A stretch of 64,000 bases of DNA from Pristiophorus japonicus (lineage: Eukaryota): positions 5,518,001 through 5,582,000 of the forward strand of contig NC_092006.1 of NCBI RefSeq assembly GCF_044704955.1, in the 5' to 3' direction. The notes under the pieces were generated by a model, which ran no database searches, was not told where the DNA came from, and was given only the letters and a program-made list of their open reading frames with translations. Below are positions 1 through 11,302 of this stretch, one piece after another. The stretch's first letter is position 1. Each line of letters starts with the position of its first letter. A program made the position numbers and the translations under genes.

Positions 1-3000
1 CAGCGCCGGAAATTGGCTCAAGACCGCCTGAGACACGACAGCTGAGACAAGGTTGCGGGGGGGGGGGGGACACAAAAATAAAAAAAAACACAATATTAAC
101 AACAGGTTATAGGCCCCCGAGTCACCCTGGATACCGACACATCTCAAATTCCCCACCACTGGCGCGTCGGGAGCGCGTGTGGGACATTCCGCCGCGCTGC
201 GCACCGTTAAATTGCGCCTCTCCGCCCGCAATTCCCACAGGCGCACAGTCCGAGTCCGTTCGCTGTGAAATCCGCTCCAATCATTGGCGGGCACCATGGC
301 GACTGGCTGCAGTTAAGATTGCAAAATCCTTCTCCCAAACCGATTATGCTTCCCCCTGGTCTAACCCGGCTCTCCAATCCATCTCTCCAGGGGTTGGGGA
401 CCGGGGGGCGCTTGATTGTGTTAAAATGGGGCGATAGCTTTCTCACTAATTCCACTAGACAGGCCCCCCTCTCCCAACGGTAGACCCTCGCCTTCAAATA
501 CCGGAGTTCACTGACAACTTTATCTCAGTTAGGGGGCAGTTCAGTGTCACATTCGCTTCCACTCACCCATCACAATGTTCGGCTCCAAAGTCGCGCTATC
601 GGTATTGAGCGAAGCCCGCACACCTTTATACTTTGCCCAATATCTAATCTGCTTCTTAAAAAAATTATAGTTAAACGCAAACTTGTGTATCAGCGAACGA
701 TGCAACACAGGAGGCCATTCGGCCCATCAAACCTGTGTTGTGCCGGCTCTGTGACAGAGCGACTCAATCATTCCCACTCCGCCCCTGCTCTTTCCCCACA
801 GCCCGGCATATTGCCTCCTTTCCAAATATTTATCCAATTCCCCCGTTTGAAAGTCACTTTTTCATCTGCTCCCAGTGCCCCTTTCAGGCAGCGCGTTCCC
901 GAGCACAAGCTCTCAGGGCTTGAAATCACGTCCTGATCTCCCCCTCTGGTTCTGTTACCGATTATATTAAACATGTGTCCTCTGCTTACCCACCCTCCTC
1001 CCACTGGAAACAATCTCTCCTTCTTTACTCGATCGGAAGCCTTCTCCTTATTAATTCTATACAAAACCCTTCTCCTTATTAATTCTCTCCAAAACCCTTC
1101 TCCTTATTAATTCTCTCCAAAACCCGTCTAAAATCCAAAATCCAAAAGAGTAGGAGTAAACGGGTACTTTTCAGAATGGCAGGCAGTGACTAGTGGAGTG
1201 CCGCAAGGTTCTGTGCTGGGGCCCCAGCTGTTTACATTGTACATTAATGATTTAGACGAGGGGATTAAATGCAGTATCTCCAAATTTGCGGATGATACTA
1301 AGTTGGGTGGCAGTGTGAGCTGCGAGGAGGATGCTATTAGGCTGCAGAGTGACTTGGATAGGTTAGGTGAGTGGGCAAATGCATGGCAGATGAAGTATAA
1401 TGTGGATAAATGTGAGGTTATCCACTTTGGTGGTAAAAACAGAGAGACAGACTATTATCTGAATGGTGACAGATTAGGAAAAGGGAAGGTGCAACGAGAC
1501 CTGGGTGTCATGGTACATCAGTCATTGAAGGTTGGCATGCAGGTACAGCAGGCGGTTAAGAAAGCAAATGGCATGTTGGCCTTCATAGCGAGGGGATTTG
1601 AATACAGGGGCAGGGAGGTGTTGCTACAGTTGTACAGGGCCTTGGTGAGGCCACACCTGGAGTGTTGTGTACAGTTTTGGTCTCCTAACTTGAGGAAGGA
1701 CATTCTTGCTATTGAGGGAGTGCAGCGAAGGTTCACCAGACTGATTCCCGGGATGGCGGGACTGACCTATCAAGAAAGATTGGATCAACTGGGCTTGTAT
1801 TCACTGGAGTTCAGAAGAATGAGAGGGGACCTCATAGAAACGTTTAAAATTCTGACGGGTTTAGACAGGTTAGATGCAGAAAGAATGTTCCCAATGTTGG
1901 GGGAGTCCAGAACCAGGGGTCACAGTCTGAGGATAAGGGGTAAGCCATTTAGGACCGAGATGAGGAGAAACTTCTTCACCCAGAGAGTGGTGAACCTGTG
2001 GAATTCTCTACCACAGAAAGTAGTTGAGGCCAATTCACTAAATATATTCAAAAGGGAGTTAGATGAAGTCCTTACTACTCGGGGGATCAAGGGTTATGGC
2101 GAGAAAGCAGGAAGGGGGTACTGAAGTTTCATGTTCAGCCATGAACTCATTGAATGGCGGTGCAGGCTAGAAGGGCTGAATGGCCTGCTCCTGCACCTAT
2201 TTTCTATGTTTCTATGTTTCTATGTCTCCTTATTAATTCTCTCCAAAACCCTTCTCCTTATTAATTCGCTCCAAAACCCTTCTCCTTATTAATTCGCTCC
2301 AAAACCCTTCTCCTTATTAATTCTCTACAAAATCCTTCCCCTTATTAATTCGCTCCAAAACCCTTCTCCTTATTAATTCTAACCAAAACCCTTCTCCTTA
2401 TTAATTCTCTCCAAAACCCTTCTCCTTTTTAATTCGCTCCAAAACCCTTCTCCTTATTAATTCGCTCCAAAACCCTTCTCCTTATTAATTCTCTCCAAAA
2501 CCCTTTTCCTTATTAATTCGCTCCAAAACCCTTCTCCTTATTAATTCTAACCAAAACCCTTCTCCTTATTAATTCGCTCCAAAACCCTTCTCCTTATTAA
2601 TTCTAACCAAAACCCTTCTCCTTATTAATTATCTCCAAAATCGTTCTCCTTATTAATTCGCTCCAAAACCCTTCTCCTTATTAATTCTAACCAAAACCCT
2701 TCTCCTTATTAATTCTCTCCAAAACCCTTCTCCTTATTAATTCTATCCAAAACCCTTCTCATTATTAATTCACTCCAAAACCCTTCTCCTTATTAATTCT
2801 CTCCAAAATCCTTCTCATTATTAATTCTCTCCAAAACCCTTCTCATTATTAATTCTCTCCAAAACCCTTCTCCTTATTAATTCTATCCAAAATCCTCCTC
2901 CTTATTAATTCTCTCCAAAACCCTCCTCCTTATTAATTCTCTCCAAAACCCTTCTCCTTATTAATTCTATCCAAAACCCTTCTCCTTATTAATTCTATCC

Positions 3001-4318
3001 AAAACCCTCCTCCTTATTAATTCTCTCCAAAACCCTTCTCCTTATTAATTCTCTCCAAGACCCTTCTCCTTATTAATTCTCTCCAAGACCCTTCTCCTTA
3101 TTAATTCTCTCCAAAACCCTTCTCCTTATTAATTCTCTCCAAAACCCTTCTCCTTATTAATTCTATCCAAAACCCTTCTCCTTATTAATTCTCTCCAAAA
3201 CCCTTCTCCTTATTAATTCTCTCCAAAACCCTTCTCATTATTAATTCTCTCCAAAACCCTTCTCCTTATTAATTCTCTCCAAAACCCTTCTCCTTATTAA
3301 TTCGATCCAAAACCCTCCTCCTTATTAATTCTCTCCAAAACCCTTCTCCTTATTAATTCTCTCCAAGACCCTTCTCCTTATTAATTCTCTCCAAGACCCT
3401 TCTCCTTATTAATTCTCTCCAAAACCCTTCTCCTCATTAATTCTCTCCAAAACCCTTCTCCTTATTAATTCTATCCAAAACCCTTGTCCTTATTAATTCT
3501 CTCCAAAATCCTCCTCCTTATTAATTCTCTCCAAAACCCTTCTCATTATTAATTCTCTCCAAAACCCTTCTCCTTATTAATTCTCTCCAAAACCCTTATC
3601 CTTATTAATTCTATCTAAAATCCTCCTCCTTATTAATTCTCTCCAAAACCCTCCTCCTTATTAATTCTCTCCAAAACCCTTCTCCTTATTAATTCTCTCC
3701 AAAACCCTTCTCCTTATTAATTCTATCCAAAACCCTTCTCCTTATTAATTCTATTCAAAACCCTCCTCCTTATTAATTCTCTCCAAAACCCTTCTCCTTA
3801 TTAATTCTCTCCAAGACCCTTCTCCTTATTAATTCTCTCCAAGATCCTTCTCCTTATTAATTCTCTCCAAAACCCTTCTCCTTATTAATTCTATCCAAAA
3901 CCCTTCTCCTTATTAATTCTCTCCAAAACCCTTCTCCTTATTAATTCTATCCAAAAACCTTCCCATTATTAATTCTCTCCAAAACCCTTCTCCTTATTAA
4001 TTCTCTCCAAAACCCTTCTCCTTATTAATTCTATCCAAAACTCTTCTCCTTATTAATTCTATCCAAAACCCTTCTCCTTATTAATTCTCTCCAAAACCCT
4101 TCTCCTTATTAATTCTCTCCAAAACCCTTTTCCTTATTAATTCTCTCAAAAAACCTTCTCCTTATTAATTCTCTCCAAAACCCTTTTCCTTATTAATTCG
4201 CTCCAAAACCCTTCCCTTGGTTGACTCTCTCCTAACCCCTTCCTCACTCTGGCAAAACATCGAAGGCTATCTCACCTTGGAAGAGATGGAACAGCACACA
4301 GAGACCACAGAAGCTCAT
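1..4318 (-). CDS. 5' part of a paralogous VJ-C1 receptor gene: leader exon 4276-4318 and start of V exon at 41 (continues left of the window)
   Basis: Reverse complement of 11303-14326. The leader is identical except for one synonymous change (GGT/GGC). Splice sites are intact. Confidence 0.85.
1040..4215 (+). repeat. 28-bp minisatellite (AATTCTCTCCAAAACCCTTCTCCTTATT)n in intron 1 of the - paralog, interrupted by a CR1
   Basis: Direct tandem periodicity at 1040-1130 and 2225-4215. Confidence 0.95.
1145..2225 (+). mobile_element. 5'-truncated young CR1 LINE (C-terminal RT, 3'UTR, (TTTCTATG)n tail)
   Basis: ORF 1186-2124 with GVPQGSVLGP and FADD. Absent from the matching site in arm B. Confidence 0.93.
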
Positions 4319-5017
4319 TATCCCTGCCCCAGGAGGGTTGAACTCTGATGCTGGGACTGGCAGCTCAGGGAGGAATGCTTGTCAGCAGGTCGGTGCGAGG
4401 CTGGTGTGAAATGCCGAGCCAATTGTGGTAAGCACGCACTGTGTTTATTAATAAATGTACGATTTGGGCTGCAAAATAGTGCCGAAGCAGAAAGCTCTGT
4501 GTGGGTTTCCTGTTTTTACAGGTAAAGAGATGAAACACACACACACCATCTGTGTTACAGAAGGCACCTCGTCTCTACGCATGTTAGTTTGACCACACTT
4601 GGAGCACTGCGCACGGTTCTGGTCTCCATCTTTCAAAAGAATATAGAGGCACTGGAGCGGGTGTAAACAAGATTCAGAAAGATGACACCAGAACTGAGAG
4701 AGGTTATACTGATCAGGAAAGGCTGGACAGACTGGGGCACTTTTCTCCAGAAAATTACATAGTATGCACATCACAGAAACAGACCATTCAGCCCCACCGC
4801 TCCGTGCCGGGGTTTATGCTCCACACCAGCCCCTCCCACCTCTCTCCATCTCACCCCATTCGCCATATCCTTCTATTCCTTTCTCCCTCATGTGTTTATC
4901 CAGCCTCCCCTTAAATACATCGATACTATTCGCCTCAACCCCTCCCTATGGCAGCGAGTTCCACATCTCAGCACTCTCTGGGTCAAGAAGTTTCTCCTGA
5001 ATTCCCCATTGGGTTTA

Positions 5018-7070
5018 TAAGAACATAAGAAACAGGAGCAGGAGTAGGCCATTCGGCCCCTCGAGCCTGCTCTGTCATTTAGTACGATCATGGCTGATCT
5101 GATCATGGACTCAGCTCCACTTCCCTGCCCGCCCCCTTATTCCCTTATCGTTTAAGAAACTGTCTTAAATTTATTCAATGTCCCAGCTTCCACAGCTCTC
5201 TGAGGCAGCAAATTCCACAGATTTACAACCCTCTGAGAGAAGAAATTTCTCCTCATCTCAGTTTTAAATGGGCGGCCCCTTATTCTAAGACCATGCCCCC
5301 TAGTTCTAGTCTCTCCCATCAGTGAAAACATCCTCTCTGCATCCACCTTGTCAAGCCCCCTCATAATCTTATATGTTTCGATAAGATCACCTTTCATTCT
5401 TCTGAATTCCAATGAGTAGAGGCCCAACCTACTCAACCTTTCCTCATAAGTCAACCCCCTCATCCCCGGAATCAACTGAGTGAACCTTCTCTGAACTGCC
5501 TCCAAAGCAAGTATATCCTTTCGTAAATATGGAAACCAAAACTGCACGCAGTACTCCAGGTGTGGCCTCACCAATACCCTGTATAACTGTAGCAAGACTT
5601 CCCTGCTTTTATACTCCATCCCCTTTGCAATAAAGGCCAAGATTCCATTGGTCTTCCTGATCACTTGCTGTACCTGCATACTATCCTTTTGTGTTTCATG
5701 CACAAGTACCCCCAGGTCCCGCTGTACTGCAGCACTTTGCAATCTTTCTCCATTTAAATAATAACTTGCTCTTTGATTTTTTTCTGCCAAAGTGCATGAC
5801 TTCACACTTTCCAACATTTTGCTCCATCTGCCAAATTTTTGCCCACTCACTTAGCCTGTCTCTGTCCTTTTGCAGATTTTTTGTGTCCTCCTCACACATT
5901 GCTTTTCCTCCCATCTTTGTATCATCAGCAAACTTGGCTACGTTACACTCAGTCCCTTCTTCCAAGTCATCAATCTAGATTCCAAGTCGCCAATACAACA
6001 CTGATCCCTGCGGCACCCCCCCTAGATACAGATTGCCAATCTGAGAATGAACCATTTATCCCGACTCTCTGTTTTCTGTTTGTTAGCCAATCCTCTATCC
6101 ATGCTAATATATTGCCCCCAACCCCGTAAACTTTTATCTTGTGCAGTAACCTTTCATGTGGCACCTTGTCAAATGCCTTCTGGAAGTCCAAATACACCAC
6201 ATCCACTGGTTCCCCTTTATCCATCTTGTTCATTACATCCTAAAAGAATTCCAGCAAATTTGTCAAACATGACTTCCCCTTCATAAATCCATGCTGACTC
6301 TGCCTGACCCAATTTTGCTTTTCCAAATGTCCTGCTACTGCTTCTTTAATAATGCACTCCAACATTTTCCCAACCACAGATGTTAGGCTAACTGGTCTAT
6401 AGTTTCCTGCTTTTTGTCTGCCTCCTTTTTTAAATAGGGGCGTTACATTTGAAGTTTTCCAATCTGCTGGGACCTCTGCAGAATCCATTTATGAGTGACT
6501 GTCTTATATCGATGGCCCCCTCGTTCTGGTCTTCTCCCTCAAGTTGGAAGCATCTCTATTGTGAGGCAGAAGTGGATATGATCCATTCAGACTTCCCTAT
6601 AATGGTGGTGAGCACATATTTGAGGTATGGAGAACCCAGATGCAATGAAAATGGGTTAAGAATGTAAAAAAACACAAGATAAGGCCCGAGGACTGTGCAA
6701 GAAACAGACCTGGGAAACATAGACATAGAAACACAGAAAATAGGTGCAGGAGCAGGCCATTTGACCCTTCGAGCCTGCACCACCATTCAATATGATCATG
6801 GCTGATCATGCAACTTCAGTACCCCATTCCTGCTTTCTCTCCATACCCCCTTGATCCCTTTAGCCGTAAGGGCCACATCTAACTCCTTTTTGAATATATC
6901 CAACGAACTGGCCTCAACAACTTTCTGTGGTAGAGAATTCCACAGGTTCACAATTCTCTGAGTGAAGAAGTTTCTCCTCATCTCGGTCCTAAATGGCTTA
7001 TCCCTTATCCTTAGACTGTGACCCCTGGTTCTGGACTTCCCCAACATCGGGAATATTCTTCCTGCATCTA
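5018..7070 (-). mobile_element. CR1 LINE fragments (5018-6486; 6716-7070)
   Basis: RT ORF fragments (YLDFQKAFDKVPH, FADD) with CR1 tails. Confidence 0.88.
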
Positions 7071-7599
7071 GAATTGGCTTCGAAAAGGCGGATCCCAAAC
7101 AATAGTGAGAGTTAATAACTAACTTTACTGCATGCATTTCTGTTCGAACTATAAACGAGGTCAGGTGTAATCGAATAAACAGGGCTCGACGATTTCTGGA
7201 GACTGGGGCAAACCGGGTTCAACTGGGTGCTGTCTGTAATACACGTGTCTTAATTTCCAGAATTATCCAGATAACCAATTATTCACACGAGTGAATCTAG
7301 GTAAATAAGATTAACTCGCAGCACAACTCATTGCAAAATCCGTCGTCCCCTTTGAGGATTGATGGAACTTTATGTCAGAATATATGGGTTTAAAAAGAAC
7401 AAGTTATGCCAGAAAGCAGCAGTAAGGGTGTGTTACCAGCTATAATCCGCAAACTCTGTATAAAACGTTGAGGGGGCTTGGAACCAGAAAAGCCAGCGTG
7501 TTGCAGACAATGTGCTGTCCCAGTATGGAGATCTGTGCTCCAATTTATTCTGTCCCAGGCCTCAAAACAGCAAATGTGCGGTTTGGTCACTCCTGGGAA

Positions 7600-7915
7600 T
7601 CGCCACTTCTATCATCGCGGCATCCCCACCGACACCTGGGAGTCCCTGTGGCCAAAGACCAGTGGAGGAAGTGCATCCGGGAGAGCGCTGAGCACCTCGA
7701 GTCTGGTCGCCGAGAGCGTGCAGAAACCAAGCGCAGGCAGCGGAAGGAGCGTGCGGCAAACCTGTCCCACCCTCCCCTTACCCTCAACCACTGTCTGTCC
7801 CACCCGTGACAGGGGACTGTGGCTCTCGTATTGGACTGTTCGGCCACCGAAGGACTCATGCTAAGAGTGGAAGCGAGTCTTCCTCGATTCCGAGGGTCTG
7901 CCGACGATGATGATT
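7600..7915 (+). mobile_element. 3' end of an RTE-clade LINE
   Basis: GIPTDTWESL / WRKCIRESAEHLE..KRRQRKER C-terminus and a (GAT)n tail. Confidence 0.6.
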
Positions 7916-8805
7916 ATATTGTAGGACAGCTCTGTCTTCTACGTCAATGTGTATGCGCGTCGTGCACAACGGTTGATTCACATCCGAATCATTGAAAGAT
8001 TTGTTTGCCAGTGATATCAAGGGCTTTTATTTTGCACTGGAAGTTGAGAATAAATGGACCTGAAACGGGAAGTTCTACTGACAGCACTGCGGTATAGCGC
8101 CGGCTAGCGATGAAATTGATGTTGTGCAACCCCCCCGCAAAGGCCAGTTATCGCACTCAGTACCCCAGGGTGAGAGGTTCCTTGGGTATTTGACGATCCG
8201 GACATTTCTTTGGCCAGTACCGCGCGGACCCACTAATTCAAGAGGACTGGCGGGTCAGTGCTCAGTTGAAATCTGATAACCCCCACACAACAGAGAAATG
8301 CAGTTCATTGCAGGGGTCCCGCAAATAACCCATCTTTTAGCACCAGGAGGAGGCCATTCAGCCCCTCGAGCCTGCGGTTCCATTCAGTTAGCTCATGGGC
8401 TGATCTGTATCTTAACCCCATCCACCTGCCTTGGTCCCGTAACCCTGAATACCCTTACCCAACAAATAGCTATCCATCTTAGTTTTGACATTTTACAATT
8501 GCCCCCTCGCGCCCCCCCCCAGCCTCGACAGCTTTCTGAGGGAGAGAGTTCCACATTGCCACTACCCTTTGTGTGAAGAAGGGCTTCCTGACATCAACCC
8601 TCAATGGCCTGGCTCTAATTTTAAGGTGACATCCCCTTGTTCTGGACTCCCCCCACCAAGAGGCCATAGTTTCTCTCAATCTACCCCCTCAACTCCTTCA
8701 ATCATCTTAAATACTTCAAATAGATCATTCCTTGATCTTCTATATTCAAGAGAATTCAAGCCTCGTCCATGCAAACGGTCCTCACAATTGAACTCTTTCC
8801 CATAG

Positions 8806-9455
8806 TGTCAGCTGTGGTTGTGGGTAGCACACTCGTCTCAGAGTCAGAAGGTCATCGGTTCAAGTCCCACTCCAGGAACTTGAGCATATAAATCCAGGAT
8901 GGCACTCCCAGTGCAGTGCTGAGGGAGCGCCGCACTGTCGGAGGGGCGGTGCTGAGGGAGCGCCGCACTGTCGGAGGGGCGGTGCTGAGGGAGCGCCGCA
9001 CTGTCGGAGGGGCGGTGCTGAGGGAGCGCCGCACTGTCGGAGGGGCAGTGCTGAGGGCGCGCCGCACTGTCGGAGGGTCCGTACTGAGGGAGTGCCGCAT
9101 TGTCATAGGGACGATACTGAGGGAGCGCCGCACTGTCGGAGGTGCTGTCTTTCAGATGAGACATTTAAACCGAGGCCCTGTCTGCCCTCTCAAGTGGATG
9201 TAAAAGATCCCATGGCACTATTTCGAAGAAGAGTAGGGGAGTTATCTCTGGTTCTTGGCCAATATTTATCCCTCAATCTACAAAGCAGATGATCTGGGTC
9301 ATTATCACATTGCTGTGTGTGGGAGCTTGCTGTGCGCAAATTCAGCTGCCGCGTTTCTCACATTACAACAGTAACTATACTCCAAAAGTACTTCATTGCT
9401 GTAAAGCGCAGTTTGAGACATCCAGTGGTCATGAAAGGCGCTCTATAACTGCAAT
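8806..9455 (+). mobile_element. tRNA-derived DeuSINE (SacSINE1-like) with an internal 33-bp tandem expansion
   Basis: tRNA-like head with B box GGTTCAAGTCC, Deu-like core GATGTAAAAGATCCCATGGCACTATTT..GGCCAATATTTATCCCTCAA, tail AAAGGCGCTCTATAA. Confidence 0.75.
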
Positions 9456-10311
9456 GGTTTTCTTCTTTCTAGCCCCTGCATAATGTATCTGTTTAAGTCT
9501 CAAATGAGGTACTGTATACTGGGATTACTCCAACCCCGGTAGATTTCTCTATTTGAACTAACCGGAACTACGCGTGAGTTGGATAAAATTTACCAAAGAT
9601 ATTTGATAGCATTCCATTGCTACCACAAGTCACACACCACCTCGGGATTTCCGGATCTGCTTTACAGCCAACGGAGCAACATTTTCAAGTGTGGTCACTG
9701 GTGCAATGTCGGGACACGCGGCCAATTTCCGCACAGCAAGCTCCCACAAACTCACGCTTACCAAAAGAAAATCACTAAACTGGCTGTAAAGCGCGTTGGG
9801 ACGTCCTGATGTCGTGAAAGGCACTATATAAATTCCCTAAATTAAGAAGTGTGGGTTATAGACAGGCCCCAGTCTCTAGAACTTGTCGGTCCCTGTTTAC
9901 CGATTACACCTAGTTCGAACAGAAATGCACACAGTAAAGTTAGTTATTTATTCTCAATATTGTTTCCGATCCTCCTTTTCTAAGAGGAGCCAATTCTAGT
10001 TCTCGGGTCTGTTTCTTGCACAGTCCTCGGGCCTTATCTTGTGTGTTTTTACATTCTTAACACGTCTACATTACATCTGACTTCTCCATACCTCAAATAT
10101 GTGCTCACCCCCCACCCCGTTATAGAGAAGGCTGTATGGATCCTATCCACTACCGTCTCACAATAGAGATGTTTCCACTTGTGGGAGAGCCTAGATCTAG
10201 GGGGCCATCACTATACGACAGTCACCCATAAATCCAATGGGGAATTCAGGAGAAACTTCATCACCCAGAAAATGGGGAGAATGTGGAACTCGCTGCCAAA
10301 GGGAGGGGTTG

Positions 10312-10683
10312 AAACATAGAATCATAGAAAATAGGTGCAGGAACAGGCCATTCGGCCCTTTGAACCTGCACCACCATTCAATATGATCATGGCTGATCAT
10401 GCAACTTCAGTACCCCATTCCTGCTTTCTCTCCATACCCCCTTGATCCCTTCAGCCGTAAGGACCACATCTAACTCCCTTTTGAATATATCCAACGAACT
10501 GGCCTCAACAACTCTCTGCAGGAGAGACTTCCACAGGTTCACAATTCTCTGAGTGAAGATGTTTCTCCTCATCTCGGTCCTAGATGGCTTACCCCTTATC
10601 CTGAGAGTGTGACCCCTGGTTCTGGACTTCCCCAACATCGGGAACATTCTTCCTGCATCTACCCGGTCCAATCCCGGCAGAAT
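10312..10683 (-). mobile_element. CR1 3' fragment, specific to arm B
   Basis: ORF 10387-10707 is a CR1 C-terminus inserted into an older CR1 shared by both arms. Confidence 0.85.
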
Positions 10684-11099
10684 CTGAGGCGAATAGTATC
10701 GATGCATTTAAGGGGAGGCTGGATCAACACATGAGGGAGAAAGGAATAGAAGGATATGGGGATGGGGTGAGATGGAGAGTGGTGGGAGGGGCTGGTGTGG
10801 AGCATAAACCCCGGCACGGAGCGGTGGGGCTGAATGATCTGTTTCTGTGATGTACATTCTCTCTAATTTTCGAGAGAAAAGTGCCCCAGTCTGTTGAGCC
10901 TTTCCTGATCAGTATAACCTCTCTCAATTCTGGTGTCATCTTTCTGAATCTTGTTTACACCCGCTCCAGTGCCTCTATATTCTTTTGAAAGATGGAGACC
11001 AGAACCGTGCGCAGTGCTCCAAGTGTGGTCAAACTAACATGCGTAGAGACGAGGTGCCTTCTGTAACACAGATGGTGTGTGTGTGTTTTATCTCTTTAC

Positions 11100-11302
11100 C
11101 TGTAAAAACAGGAAACCCACACAGAGCTTTCTGCCTTGGCACTATTTTGCAGCCCAAATCGTACATTTATTAATAAACACAGTGCGTGCTTACCACAATT
11201 GGCTCGGCATTTCACACCAGCCTCGCACCGACCTGCTGACAAGCATTCCTCCCTGAGCTGCCAGTCCCAGCATCAGAGTTCAACCCTCCTGGGGCAGTGA
11301 TA
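11100..11302 (+). promoter_or_regulatory. Putative proximal promoter of the receptor gene (mirrored at ~4320-4520)
   Basis: ETS-like CAGGAAAC (~11110), AT-rich TATTAATAAA (~11168), RUNX-like ACCACA (~11192) and ATTGG, just upstream of the ATG. Motif matches only. Confidence 0.35.

Noticed and set aside
177-936. Several overlapping short ORFs conserved between two places in the window
   Set aside because: The conservation reflects the inverted duplication of intron 1, not coding constraint.
2225-4215. 28-bp repeat array as a CRISPR array
   Set aside because: Units are contiguous with no unique spacers, the context is vertebrate, and there are no cas genes.
8806-8880. tRNA gene
   Set aside because: It is the tRNA-derived head of a SINE, continuing into SINE body sequence.
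11178-11184. CACAGTG heptamers (also 31903-31909) as recombination signal sequences
   Set aside because: No ACAAAAACC-like nonamer at 12 or 23 bp and not adjacent to a gene segment.
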